From NCBI GenBank assembly GCA_965214095.1, contig OZ243938.1:4096001-4160000 (forward strand): a DNA stretch of 64,000 nucleotides, given 5' to 3'. Each line of letters starts with the position of its first letter. Within the stretch, counting starts at the first letter, position 1. Shown piece after piece: positions 10,616-20,520 of the stretch. Position numbers and translations under genes: made by a program. The notes under the pieces are model-generated. The model saw only the letters and a list, made by a program, of their open reading frames with translations, did not search any database and was not told the origin of the DNA. The DNA comes from Candidatus Poribacteria bacterium (lineage in GTDB: Bacteria; Poribacteria; WGA-4E; WGA-3G).

Positions 10616-11263
10616 ATGTTGACAAGTAAAACGCTTGCAGTAAACGAAATCATAGACACATCGTTTCCTGAATCAGATGACTTAAGGAATCAGCCGAAGT
10701 CAATTGAGATATTACATTATCTCATAAAGAAACTTGATCCAGAACGGCTTGAACACGTTATTTCTGTTCAGGAGACTGCAGTCGCATTGTCACGATACCA
10801 TCAGGATGCTGATGTTTGGAAAGTTAATTTGGCAGCACTTCTACATGATGTCGCGAAATGGATGAGTGACGACCAGTTGTACAAGGCTATAGCACGGTTT
10901 CAAATAGAACTCGACCCCATAGAGAAGATTATGCCTGCATTATTACATGCGATTGTGGGTGTAAAAAATGCAATTGAATTGTTCAACGTAACAGATTTGG
11001 ATATACTTGAAGCAATTCGTTGTCACACAACTGGTAATGCATCAATGGGTTTGACAGCCAAATTGATTTATGTTGCTGATTTTTCAGAACCGAATCGTGA
11101 ATATAAAGAAGCTGAACAGGTCAGACAAATGGCTAAGGCAGATTTAGACCGAGCTGTTCATTCGGTAGCACGGTATAAGATTGAATTTCTCTTGCATAAT
11201 GGTGGCATAATTCATCCAAATACAATACATACCTACAATAGCACTTTTCCTGATATAGAATAG
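10616..11263 (+). CDS. yqeK: HD-domain Ap4A hydrolase YqeK
   Basis: RLEH, ALLHDVAK, LLHA, HTTG, YVADFSEPNR; nadD/rsfS context. Confidence 0.88.
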   Translation: MLTSKTLAVNEIIDTSFPESDDLRNQPKSIEILHYLIKKLDPERLEHVISVQETAVALSRYHQDADVWKVNLAALLHDVAKWMSDDQLYKAIARFQIELDPIEKIMPALLHAIVGVKNAIELFNVTDLDILEAIRCHTTGNASMGLTAKLIYVADFSEPNREYKEAEQVRQMAKADLDRAVHSVARYKIEFLLHNGGIIHPNTIHTYNSTFPDIE

Positions 11264-11406
11264 GTATGAACAGGAATTGTGCGGAACAAAGGAACATATT
11301 CGCCATTAGCAAGCAATTTTCGTTTAAACCTATCAAACCTACTGAGAATTGATTACACTTAGGACCAACACAACAATAATTTCCTCACTTATAGGAGACT
11401 TATCTT

Positions 11407-11856
11407 ATGGCAACAAATAATACAATTGAAATAGTGAAAGCAGCCGCATCCGCTGCAGTAAGTCGCCGTGCACAGAATCCTGTAATTCTTGATCTTCGCG
11501 AATTAGACTGTTTTACAGATTATTTTGCAATTTTCAGTGGTATTTCTGATGTACAAGTCGAAGGAATTACAGAAGCAATATTGGATGAACTACAAGACAA
11601 ATGGGATCAGCAACCTTGGCATCGTGAAGGTGCTAAGAAAGCTGATTGGATATTATTAGATTATGTTGACTTTGTTGTTCACATTTTCTTAGATGAAAGA
11701 CGATCTTACTATAGTTTAGAACGTTTATGGGCAGAAGCACCACACGTTGAACTACCTGAGATGGAAGGGATACAAATTTTAGAAACAGAAGAAGTGTTTG
11801 ATGAGGATGAGATGGTATTGGGACTTGTTACGGCAAATGGTGAAGGACAATCCTGA
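11407..11856 (+). CDS. rsfS: Ribosome silencing factor
   Basis: DYFAI, WILLDYVDFVVHIF, YSLERLW. Confidence 0.92.
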   Translation: MATNNTIEIVKAAASAAVSRRAQNPVILDLRELDCFTDYFAIFSGISDVQVEGITEAILDELQDKWDQQPWHREGAKKADWILLDYVDFVVHIFLDERRSYYSLERLWAEAPHVELPEMEGIQILETEEVFDEDEMVLGLVTANGEGQS

Positions 11857-11879
11857 ACATTTTTTAGAAATTCATCTTA

Positions 11880-12623
11880 TTAATCAACATTACTAAGGAG
11901 AACTGTAACGTTATCTGTTCCACCATAAGCAAGTGCTCTACTGATTAAGTTTTCACTTGCTGCTTCAAGTGTAGGGGCAGACGAAATTATGTTTCGGGTT
12001 TCAGTATCATCGGTTATTAGGTCATGTAATCCATCAGTACAAGCAAGGATTATATCCCCAGGAGCAAGAGGATAGATATCAGATGCAAGTGATATTTTAG
12101 TTGTTAAGCCGATAGCTTGAGTAATAATATTTCTTTTGGCGTGGACACGACCTTCTTCTGGAGTGATTTCACCTTTCTCTACCATCTTCTGGACTAATGA
12201 ATCATCGGTCGTAATTTGTGTTAGAATGTCGTCGTGTAGAACATATAAACGACTATCACCGACATGAACGTAAGCCAAGAAACTTGGAGTAACAAAACCA
12301 GCAGTAAGCGTTGTTCCCATTCTTTGGTATTGAAGAGACTCTTGTCCCATACTATAAACGCGCTGATTTGCCTCATTTGCAAGTTTCTCTAATATGCTCA
12401 ACCGGTTGATGGGGGCTAAATCGCTCGCAGGATTAGGAGTTTCCGACACCCATTCTTCAAAAACCCTAAGAGCAACTCGGCTTGCAATATCACCACGAGC
12501 ATGACCACTCATGCCGTCTGCTATCGCAAATAGACGATTTTTTTCGTTATAATAGAATGAATCTTCGTTTCTCTCACGAAGAGAACCGATATCTGTTCTT
12601 GCTATGAAGTTCATAATAATCAT
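11880..12623 (-). CDS. PP2C-family Ser/Thr protein phosphatase (Stp1/PrpC-like)
   Basis: TDIG-R-NED, IADGMSGH, MGTT, HVGDSRLY, CTDGL, GGTDNVT. Confidence 0.92.
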   Translation of the reverse strand: MIIMNFIARTDIGSLRERNEDSFYYNEKNRLFAIADGMSGHARGDIASRVALRVFEEWVSETPNPASDLAPINRLSILEKLANEANQRVYSMGQESLQYQRMGTTLTAGFVTPSFLAYVHVGDSRLYVLHDDILTQITTDDSLVQKMVEKGEITPEEGRVHAKRNIITQAIGLTTKISLASDIYPLAPGDIILACTDGLHDLITDDTETRNIISSAPTLEAASENLISRALAYGGTDNVTVLLSNVD

Positions 12624-12709
12624 GTCCTCATCCCCAATATTAACACATATATAACGAAAACTATGACATTTTGTTTCAAAAAGTAATAAGTGAAAATTAG
12701 CGTCCTTAT

Positions 12710-12890
12710 ATGACAATTAACTCTGAATCTAACGATAACATACGCAAATTATCTTCCTCACCATACCATCATTTTTTTGGATACTACGGTATTGATCCTT
12801 GGGACAATTTAAGGCAAAACCACATTGCCGAAAACAGAAAAATCGTTCTTGGCAAATTTTACCATGATGAACAGTTTAAAGGAATATCTG
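12710..12890 (+). pseudogene. Probable internally deleted remnant of a beta-propeller protein gene
   Basis: HHFFGYYGIDPWD followed almost immediately by RKIVLGKFYHDEQFKG; rest of the ORF is a shadow of the dipeptidase gene. Confidence 0.4.
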
Positions 12891-12891
12891 A

Positions 12892-13944
12892 ATGTCTGAA
12901 TCTACATCTATTCAAGATTTACATAAACAGTCTATTATCATTGATGCTCATAACGATTCAATCGTCGCTCATATCCGTCGTGGAAACATCACACTTGCAG
13001 ATGAAAACACGAAAAACCAAAATCAATATAGGGGGACAATTGCCTATCTTCGTGGACCTGTACCACCAGAAGAAGATGCTATAGGGATCCAACTCAATAT
13101 TCCGAAAATGCAAAAGGGTGGAATTGATGTCGCGTTTTTTGCTGTTGATGTAACACGTGCATGGAAAAACCATCTCTCTTATGCATTGGATGCTTTTGGA
13201 TGGTTTGATACAGAGGTAAGTACTAATGAATCCGATATCTGTATTGTTCGAAATACTACAGATATTCATACAGCCAAATCAAATGGAAAACTTGGTGCAA
13301 TACTTGCTATTGAAAACAGTGAAGCCGTTGAACGAAGTTTGAATATACTCCGTTGTCTTTACAATCTCGGTGTTCGTTCTATAGGATTGACACATAACCC
13401 CAACACATGGGCTTCTACTGGGAACGATGAAGGAGAAACCGGTGGTGGTTTAACAAAATTTGGGATTCAGTTGGTGAAAGAGATGAACAAACTTGGAATA
13501 CTCGTTGATGTCTCACACATTAGTGAACGCGGTTTCTGGGATGTATTGGATGTCTCAAACACCCCAATAATTGCATCGCATAGCAATTGCAAGACATTAT
13601 GCAACCATTCTCGCAACTTGACCAACGAACAACTGAAGGCTATCGCTGTCAATGGTGGTGTCGTAGGAATTACATTTGTACCAGGATTCATAACGGAAGA
13701 TGGGTGGCAAAATAAACCACCTTTCGTAAAACTAATCAATCATATTGAGTATGCAATTGACGTGGCTGGTATAAACAATGTTGGAATCGGTTCGGATTTT
13801 GACGGGGGAGGCGATCTACTTCAAGACGCATCAGAATATCCAAGAATAACAGAAGAATTGAGTGAACGCGGTTATTCTGATGAAGCTATTCAGAAGGTCT
13901 TAGGTGGCAATCTTCTGCGCGTTTTTGGTAGCGTCTGTGGGTAA
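12892..13944 (+). CDS. Membrane dipeptidase (peptidase M19)
   Basis: DAHND, IENS, LTHN, DVSH, SHSN, GSDFDG, GGNLLRV. Confidence 0.92.
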   Translation: MSESTSIQDLHKQSIIIDAHNDSIVAHIRRGNITLADENTKNQNQYRGTIAYLRGPVPPEEDAIGIQLNIPKMQKGGIDVAFFAVDVTRAWKNHLSYALDAFGWFDTEVSTNESDICIVRNTTDIHTAKSNGKLGAILAIENSEAVERSLNILRCLYNLGVRSIGLTHNPNTWASTGNDEGETGGGLTKFGIQLVKEMNKLGILVDVSHISERGFWDVLDVSNTPIIASHSNCKTLCNHSRNLTNEQLKAIAVNGGVVGITFVPGFITEDGWQNKPPFVKLINHIEYAIDVAGINNVGIGSDFDGGGDLLQDASEYPRITEELSERGYSDEAIQKVLGGNLLRVFGSVCG

Positions 13945-13966
13945 TTCGTAACATATCGGTCTAATA

Positions 13967-14962
13967 TTATTTGTCAATTGTCCTGCGTATAGTATGCCAT
14001 ACTTCATCAATAGTTATACCTTTCATACAGATATTATCCTTACATCTATCTGTGAATTGTTTACATGGACTACAAGGCACATCGTGTCTAATAATCGTAT
14101 GCGAATCTCCTATAGGTTGGAATCGATTGTGGTTACCAGGGCCGAACAGTGCTACAGTGGGTGTTTCTACGGCAGCTGCAAGATGCATGGGACCTGTATC
14201 GTTCGTTAAGAACAGATCACATTTTTCTATACAAGCAGCTAACTGACGTATCTGAAGGTTTCCAGCAAAAGGTATTGATGGACACTGCATTAGATCCTTG
14301 ACTTTATGCACAAGTTTCCCTTCCTTTGGTCCACCGAATATTATGACTTGAGCATCATAGTGTTCAACAAGTCTATCACCAATAGCAGCAAAACGTTCCG
14401 GCATCCATTCACGCAACTTCCAACCTGCACCGGGGAATAACCCGACTTTCAATTGTATCTCTGAAATACCTGATTCTTCAAATGTGTAACACGCATCAGC
14501 ACGTTCTGTGTTTGAAAGAAACATCTCCAATTGATGGTCTTCAGCAGGGATACCGGCAGCATGCAACAAATCAAAATAGTGGTCAGTGGCATGTTTGTTA
14601 CCGTGTTCTGGAACACGTAACGTACATAACATACCTTTGCCTACCCGTTCAGATGCACCACTCAAATACATCAATAATTCTGTACGTAACTTCCGTTGAA
14701 AATCAAAGATTAGCGCGAACTTTCGCTGTCGTAAAATACGTAAAATCCGCAACATCTCTCCTGTATCCTTATCCTTCGCAGACCGATTAAATTGAATTAT
14801 CTCGTTAAGGTGGGGATTCTGTCGGAGCACATCCGCTGATTGTTTTGCAACTAACATCGCAATGTAAGCATTAGGATAATGGGCACGGATGGCACGAATC
14901 GCTGGAGTCGTCAATACAATATCACCCAGAGAACTGAGACGTATAAGTAAAATCTTTTCCAT
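13967..14962 (-). CDS. waaF: GT9 glycosyltransferase, LPS heptosyltransferase II-like
   Basis: RLSSLGDIVLTTP, NDTGPMHLAAA, LFGP, CSPC. Confidence 0.8.
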   Translation of the reverse strand: MEKILLIRLSSLGDIVLTTPAIRAIRAHYPNAYIAMLVAKQSADVLRQNPHLNEIIQFNRSAKDKDTGEMLRILRILRQRKFALIFDFQRKLRTELLMYLSGASERVGKGMLCTLRVPEHGNKHATDHYFDLLHAAGIPAEDHQLEMFLSNTERADACYTFEESGISEIQLKVGLFPGAGWKLREWMPERFAAIGDRLVEHYDAQVIIFGGPKEGKLVHKVKDLMQCPSIPFAGNLQIRQLAACIEKCDLFLTNDTGPMHLAAAVETPTVALFGPGNHNRFQPIGDSHTIIRHDVPCSPCKQFTDRCKDNICMKGITIDEVWHTIRRTIDK

Positions 14963-15052
14963 TTACCATTACCTCCTTAGTATCTGTGAATGGGATACAC
15001 AAATAGTGCAACAAGTAATAATGTAGGGTTTTACTATAATTCACTTTCAATG

Positions 15053-16234
15053 TCAATGTTCATAAGAAAAACTAACTATCTTCTTCTCAAGTCCATTCAT
15101 AGCCTCTTCAACAAGTGTGTTTACATCAATTCTTTCCTCTGCCTTATCTAATTCCACCTGTGTTGCGTGTGTTGCTGGATGCTTAGGGACAAATAGTGAA
15201 CAACAATCCTCATGTGGGAGTGTAGATACATCAAATGTCTCTATTTCTTCTGCTTTGGCAATGATCTCAACTTTATCAAACCCAATTAATGGACGGAGTA
15301 TCGGTATTTCCGCAACGACCTCAATTGAACGGAGATTCGGAAGTGTTTGCGATGCGACTTGTGCCAAACTTTCACCAGTAACAAGGGCTTCGGCATCAAC
15401 AAGGGACGCAACACGTTGTGCAATTCGTGTCATCATCCTTCTATACAGCAAGACACGATATGGCGCAGGTGTTTCTGTTACTATAGTTTGTTGAAGTTCA
15501 GCAAATGGAACAAGATAAAGTTCGCTTCTATAGTTCGACTCGGATAAGATGCGAGTCAATTCTACAACCTTTTCTAAAGAGGCTTTATCTGTATACGGAT
15601 AACTATAGAAATGAATAAATACCGCCTTCGTTCCGCGTTTAATCATCTGCCACGCTGCAACCGGAGAATCAATCCCACCAGAAAGCATCACAAGTACTTT
15701 GCCACTCACACCAACAGGTAATCCGCCAACGCCGCGAAGCTTATCAGTATAGATGTATGTATCGCTGTGTGTAACATTTATCCAAAATCGTAAATCCGGA
15801 TTGTGCATGTCAGCATTTGTACCGGTCTTTTGAATAACATACCCTCCGACTTCACGGCTAATCTCAGGTGAAGTTAGTGGAAAGGATTTATCTGTTCGTT
15901 TTGTTTCTACCTTAAGTGTCTCAAATTCTTTCCCATTTGTCAACTGAAATGCAGTTTCTTTTATCGCATCAATATCTTTGCTGGTACGAACAACAATTTC
16001 AAAATGCGCAACACCCATCACTCTTCTTAGTCGTTTCTCAATTTCTGGTATATCAGTATCTTGGTTAAGATATATCGCAATTCTATCGTGAAGTCGTTTT
16101 ACTTCTGCATAACCTGTTCCGCGCAATGACAATCTTATGTTTCGCGCAAGTTTCTTCTCAAAATAGATCCTATTCTTGCCCTTCAAACCGACTTCAGCGT
16201 AATGGACAAAAAAGAACTTGTCTGGATGTTCCAT
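15053..16234 (-). CDS. thiI: tRNA 4-thiouridine synthase (THUMP + PP-loop, no rhodanese domain)
   Basis: HYAEVGLKGKNR, SGGIDSPVA, GESLAQVASQT, HEDCC. Confidence 0.93.
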   Translation of the reverse strand: MEHPDKFFFVHYAEVGLKGKNRIYFEKKLARNIRLSLRGTGYAEVKRLHDRIAIYLNQDTDIPEIEKRLRRVMGVAHFEIVVRTSKDIDAIKETAFQLTNGKEFETLKVETKRTDKSFPLTSPEISREVGGYVIQKTGTNADMHNPDLRFWINVTHSDTYIYTDKLRGVGGLPVGVSGKVLVMLSGGIDSPVAAWQMIKRGTKAVFIHFYSYPYTDKASLEKVVELTRILSESNYRSELYLVPFAELQQTIVTETPAPYRVLLYRRMMTRIAQRVASLVDAEALVTGESLAQVASQTLPNLRSIEVVAEIPILRPLIGFDKVEIIAKAEEIETFDVSTLPHEDCCSLFVPKHPATHATQVELDKAEERIDVNTLVEEAMNGLEKKIVSFSYEH

Positions 16235-16306
16235 AACTCTTATACCTAATACCAGATATCCATTGCTCATTGCTGTAGACAAATCGCTTAAGATAACCCA
16301 CAGATA

Positions 16307-16960
16307 TTAACTCAATACAGACTTGGTTGTACGGAAATGGAGTTTTGCCACATTTCGCAACGAATCTTCACCATTCAATCTAACAAATTCCTTACCAGCA
16401 GCAATGACCTGATTAGCACCTCTTGGCAATTGGAGTCCATATTTGTTAGATAATGTCTCTATCCCTTTTAGGAATTTATCACGGGCAATGATTGAAGCTG
16501 CTGCAACAGCGACATCTCTTTCTGCTTTCGTTTCAAGTTTTATGGTAATGTCTCGCTGTGTGAGTAGTCGTGATAAATTATTATACGGAAACTCATCCAC
16601 AAGTGCATGTTTCACATCCATGCGTTTCGCAAGCGTTTGAATCACCTTAATATGTAAATCGGCAAGGATTCTGGATGAATTCTCACAACGTTTCTCAAGT
16701 TCATCATACTGAGTATTATAATTGTCTGGCATCTTTTGCGCAACTACAATGTGTTGTTCATAATCCTTCCACATTGAATCGGCAAGTTTACTGACCCGTG
16801 TATTTGAGACCATTTTGCCGTCTGTTATTCCCATTTCCAATAACGTATCACGACACTCAGTATCTACATATACACCAGCCACAACCAATGGACCGAAGTA
16901 ATCTCCTTTTCCAGATTCATCTGTACCGATCCATCTATTCCATGTATGTAATTGATTCAT
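16307..16960 (-). CDS. rnhC: Ribonuclease HIII catalytic domain
   Basis: IGTDESGKGDYFGPLVV, VAAASIIARD, AKLHFRT. Confidence 0.85.
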   Translation of the reverse strand: MNQLHTWNRWIGTDESGKGDYFGPLVVAGVYVDTECRDTLLEMGITDGKMVSNTRVSKLADSMWKDYEQHIVVAQKMPDNYNTQYDELEKRCENSSRILADLHIKVIQTLAKRMDVKHALVDEFPYNNLSRLLTQRDITIKLETKAERDVAVAAASIIARDKFLKGIETLSNKYGLQLPRGANQVIAAGKEFVRLNGEDSLRNVAKLHFRTTKSVLS

Positions 16961-16965
16961 TTGTA

Positions 16966-17535
16966 TTATTGCTTTCTCTTATTATGTAAGGCTGCGATTT
17001 GAGTAACCTCACGACCGACCTTCTTGACCCGCTCCACCATTTCCAAATCGTATAAGTTACCATCAGCATCAAACGCATCCGATGCATGAGGAATTGAAAC
17101 TGAAGTTGGAATAACAAATGCACGTAGTACCGCACCAACTGTTCTTAACATTGACAACGCATTCACTGCACCCATCCTACCTCCGGACACTCCAACTAAA
17201 CCTACAACCTTATTCTCAAATTCATCGTAGCTCATGAGATCTAATGTATATTTTAAAACACCGCTAAAACTACCATGATACTCAGGAGTACCGAGTAAGA
17301 TACCGTCTGCCCGTTTGACTTTAGCTTTAAGTTTGAGAACTTCAGGTGGAAAATCAGAGTCATCCGCAACTGCACTCTGGAAGATAAGTCGGTATTCACG
17401 TAGATCAATTAATTCTACTTCTGCCCCTTCCTCTTCTGCTCCTGTGAGAGCAAGCGATAGGGCGGCGTGAGTAGTACTACCTTCTCGCAAACTGCCACAT
17501 ATTGCGACGACATTGATCTGATTTTTGATGACCAT
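16966..17535 (-). CDS. NADPH-dependent FMN reductase
   Basis: GSLREGS, TPEYHGSFSGVLK flavodoxin-like motifs. Confidence 0.9.
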   Translation of the reverse strand: MVIKNQINVVAICGSLREGSTTHAALSLALTGAEEEGAEVELIDLREYRLIFQSAVADDSDFPPEVLKLKAKVKRADGILLGTPEYHGSFSGVLKYTLDLMSYDEFENKVVGLVGVSGGRMGAVNALSMLRTVGAVLRAFVIPTSVSIPHASDAFDADGNLYDLEMVERVKKVGREVTQIAALHNKRKQ

Positions 17536-17574
17536 ACTGAATTTCCTCAGACAATACTTCTTCACTTAGTGGTT

Positions 17575-18891
17575 TTATTTCTTTTTGATTTCTTCTTCTA
17601 TTTTTGAACGAAGATTAATATATTCAGCCATATTCGGATCAAGTGCAAGTGCACGATTGATGGTTTCTAATGCCTCTGTATACTGTTGACTACGATAATA
17701 TGTATACGCAAGTGTGTCGTAATGTTTAGATGTTGGTGACAAAGAAACTGCTTTCTGTGCAAGTGTGACTGCTTGTCCAGTTTCTCTACCAAGTCCAGCA
17801 TAAAGTCTTGCTAAATTATTATATGCCTCAGCAGATGTTTCATCCACCTCAATTGCACGCCTGAAGGCAACAATCGCTGGTTCAAATTGTTGACGATTGA
17901 TGTAGATAACGCCTAATTTCAACCACGCCTGAACATTTTTAGGGTCAATTTCCGTAATCTTTTGAAATGTTGCTGTCGCTTTTTCTAAATCCCGCTGATC
18001 GATAAACAAATTGCCGAGACGATAGTATATTGGCAAATATGTCGGGTGCAACTTATTAGCAATTTCGTAAACCCGTAGTGCATCAGCAATATTGTCATGT
18101 TGTTCATGAAGTTCACCTAACTTTAAATATAATATTGGCTCGTTCTGATGCTTATAGATCGTTTCACGAAACTGATGAACATTGTCAGAATATCTTTTCA
18201 TCACTTCAAATTGCATCATTACAGTTTTGGAATCTTCATACTTCTTGAGATTTCTGTAAGCAATTGCAAGACGATAATACGATTGCGGGTCATAAGGGTT
18301 TTGAACTATAGCTAAACGATAATTTTCTACAGCAGAAGAATAATCGCTCTGCATTTCTGCAACCCTACCCAAACCGTAATACGATTCAGTAAACTTTGGG
18401 TTCAGTTCAATACTCTTACGATAGGCTGTTCCTGCTTTATCAAATTGACGTGTTAGGAGATATGCTTCGCCGAGATGAATATATGCTTGTGCCGTCTTCG
18501 GATTAAGGGATATAGACTTAGTTAGGTGGGTTTGTGATAGAGTGATTTTACCTTGTTCCTTGTACACAATACCTAAATGAAGGTGTGCACTGCCATGTAT
18601 TGGAGGAGGAGCTTGAAAAATTAATGCCTTCTTATAGGCTTCTACTGCATCACTGAGTCTGTTCTGTTCTTGATACACCATCCCGATATAACAGTAGATT
18701 CCACTACTTGGATCTTGTCTGCGGATTTCTTCAAATACTGTCAGTGCCTTATCATACTGCTCCATCTCCATAAAGTTTAGACCGAGGAGTAAAGGATTGT
18801 TACCAGAATCGGTGTCACTCTTTACCGCAGGCACAATAGAAAAAAGAAAGAGAAAAATACTGATGCATATACGCAGACAAATGCTTAACAT
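17575..18891 (-). CDS. Exported tetratricopeptide repeat protein
   Basis: Signal peptide and about 10 TPR repeats (AY-LG, A-x-P pattern). Confidence 0.88.
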   Translation of the reverse strand: MLSICLRICISIFLFLFSIVPAVKSDTDSGNNPLLLGLNFMEMEQYDKALTVFEEIRRQDPSSGIYCYIGMVYQEQNRLSDAVEAYKKALIFQAPPPIHGSAHLHLGIVYKEQGKITLSQTHLTKSISLNPKTAQAYIHLGEAYLLTRQFDKAGTAYRKSIELNPKFTESYYGLGRVAEMQSDYSSAVENYRLAIVQNPYDPQSYYRLAIAYRNLKKYEDSKTVMMQFEVMKRYSDNVHQFRETIYKHQNEPILYLKLGELHEQHDNIADALRVYEIANKLHPTYLPIYYRLGNLFIDQRDLEKATATFQKITEIDPKNVQAWLKLGVIYINRQQFEPAIVAFRRAIEVDETSAEAYNNLARLYAGLGRETGQAVTLAQKAVSLSPTSKHYDTLAYTYYRSQQYTEALETINRALALDPNMAEYINLRSKIEEEIKKK

Positions 18892-18918
18892 TATCTGTTA
18901 CCGATGCGGAGATTTAAA

Positions 18919-18958
18919 AATGTAAAGGGAAAATACTAATAGATTTTCCCTTTACATT
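18919..18958. terminator. Inverted-repeat hairpin downstream of LamG gene
   Basis: AATGTAAAGGGAAAAT...ATTTTCCCTTTACATT 16-bp stem followed by a T run on the minus strand. Confidence 0.7.
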
Positions 18959-18989
18959 AAAAGTACATATTCTGTCAATGATTTAGATG

Positions 18990-19772
18990 TTAATCGCGGT
19001 GTGTTTTCAGTGTTCCCCATGTCGTTGTCAGCTTATCTTGTGGTTCAACCGAGATGAGTAGACCTGCCATAATATCTGAGACTTCATCTGTTGAGAGTCC
19101 ACGATCAAATACAAAGAAATCATCAATATAAAAGGTTGCAGACCTATATCCTGTCTGACCAATATACAATTTCTCTACACCTTGAGCATGATCCGCTGGA
19201 ACGTCATATTCACCGGCAACTTCGCCATCAATATGAAAACGGAACTTATCACCCTCTTTAACACCAGCAATATGATACCATCTTCCAACTTCAAAGAGTT
19301 GGTCTTCACCACCTGGTCCGGCACAACCAGAACCTAGGTTCCCAGGATTAAAACGATAATGAATATTTAAAGAATTTGGACAGACCCATACACCAGGTGA
19401 ACGATCAGAACCGGGAGCTTTCTTGGCAAAAATTTGACTCCATGCCCCATTATGCGCTTGAATAAAATGTAACCAAAACACGTAACTATGATCTTGATAA
19501 CTTTCCAATGATGAAAAAGATTCAACTGCTACACCCGCATCTTCATTTATCAATTCTAATGAACCCAAGCCAACTTTCTTTTCATCTGTATTTATACTAG
19601 CATTTGATATTGTACCGTTATTTCCATTACCTGTACCGTCAATTGCAGTACCATCAATATCTCTATCAAAACTGAAATACAAAATTAAACCATCATCTAA
19701 CGCTGCTTGTGTGGAGAGAACACCACAGAAACCAAGTAACGTTATAATAACTATATAGCTCAAAAAACGCAT
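18990..19772 (-). CDS. Secreted LamG/concanavalin-like domain protein
   Basis: Signal peptide, LILYFSFD, WYHIAGV, IDDFFVFDRGLS, C-terminal VEPQDKLTTTWGTLK. Confidence 0.88.
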   Translation of the reverse strand: MRFLSYIVIITLLGFCGVLSTQAALDDGLILYFSFDRDIDGTAIDGTGNGNNGTISNASINTDEKKVGLGSLELINEDAGVAVESFSSLESYQDHSYVFWLHFIQAHNGAWSQIFAKKAPGSDRSPGVWVCPNSLNIHYRFNPGNLGSGCAGPGGEDQLFEVGRWYHIAGVKEGDKFRFHIDGEVAGEYDVPADHAQGVEKLYIGQTGYRSATFYIDDFFVFDRGLSTDEVSDIMAGLLISVEPQDKLTTTWGTLKTHRD

Positions 19773-19923
19773 GAGATAATTCCTCCTCATGTATACATGC
19801 CAATTTTAACTCGTTAATATTTTATTTTATAATGCTATACCACTATCTTTACCATATAGACCAAAGCAGAATAACAACATTCTAAGGGATAAGTACCCAG
19901 CAATATTATGTTAACTTGATATA

Positions 19924-19952
19924 ATTCTACATAAATTGTAAAAATATGTCAA
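19924..19952 (-). promoter_or_regulatory. sigma70-type promoter
   Basis: TTGACA-N17-TAGAAT on minus strand upstream of LamG gene. Confidence 0.6.
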
Positions 19953-20097
19953 GATAAAATACAATTTATTTTATAAACGTGAATATGTTGTAAAAGATAC
20001 CATTTAACCTAAGTTGCGACCTATGACTTCTTGGAGGGTTTCTAACCCCGATATATATCAACTACTGAATTGATCTAATCACTGGATTTATTGATTC

Positions 20098-20370
20098 TTG
20101 TCTGAACCAGGATTTTCAGGATTATGGGATTTCCAGGATAGGTGTTTTGTGTTTCCAAGTGCTACTCACAAGATAAAGGTCATCTTTTCAATAGGCACTC
20201 CAGCGTTCCAAACTCTTATCCTGGGGAATGCCAAAAGGCATTCATACCGTTGATTTGTCCATCTACTACTCCTGAAAATCTTGGTTCAGACAAATAGAAA
20301 TACAAGCTTCAAATTAATTTAACGTTTGTGAATAATATTCAACACATAATCCTAAAACTAAATAACCCTA
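20098..20370. repeat. Intergenic repeat: inverted TTGTCTGAACC-AGGATT element plus MITE-type end (copy 1)
   Basis: TTGTCTGAACCAGGATTTTCAGGA (20098) / TCCTGAAAATCTTGGTTCAGACAA (ends 20293); tail to 20370 shared with 34308-34539 and 37459-37687. Confidence 0.8.
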
Positions 20371-20387
20371 AATATAATTTATTGTCC

Positions 20388-20416
20388 TTGACAAAAAAAT
20401 TTGATTCCTATAAAAT
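20388..20416 (+). promoter_or_regulatory. sigma70-type promoter
   Basis: TTGACA-N17-TAAAAT. Confidence 0.6.
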
Positions 20417-20520
20417 ATCACACAACTAAATTTAAATTAAAACAATGGTTTGAAAAGTAATTTGTGGTTTTATTGATACATCCACATCTTACAAACATAT
20501 TCTATATGGAGGTCACCACA

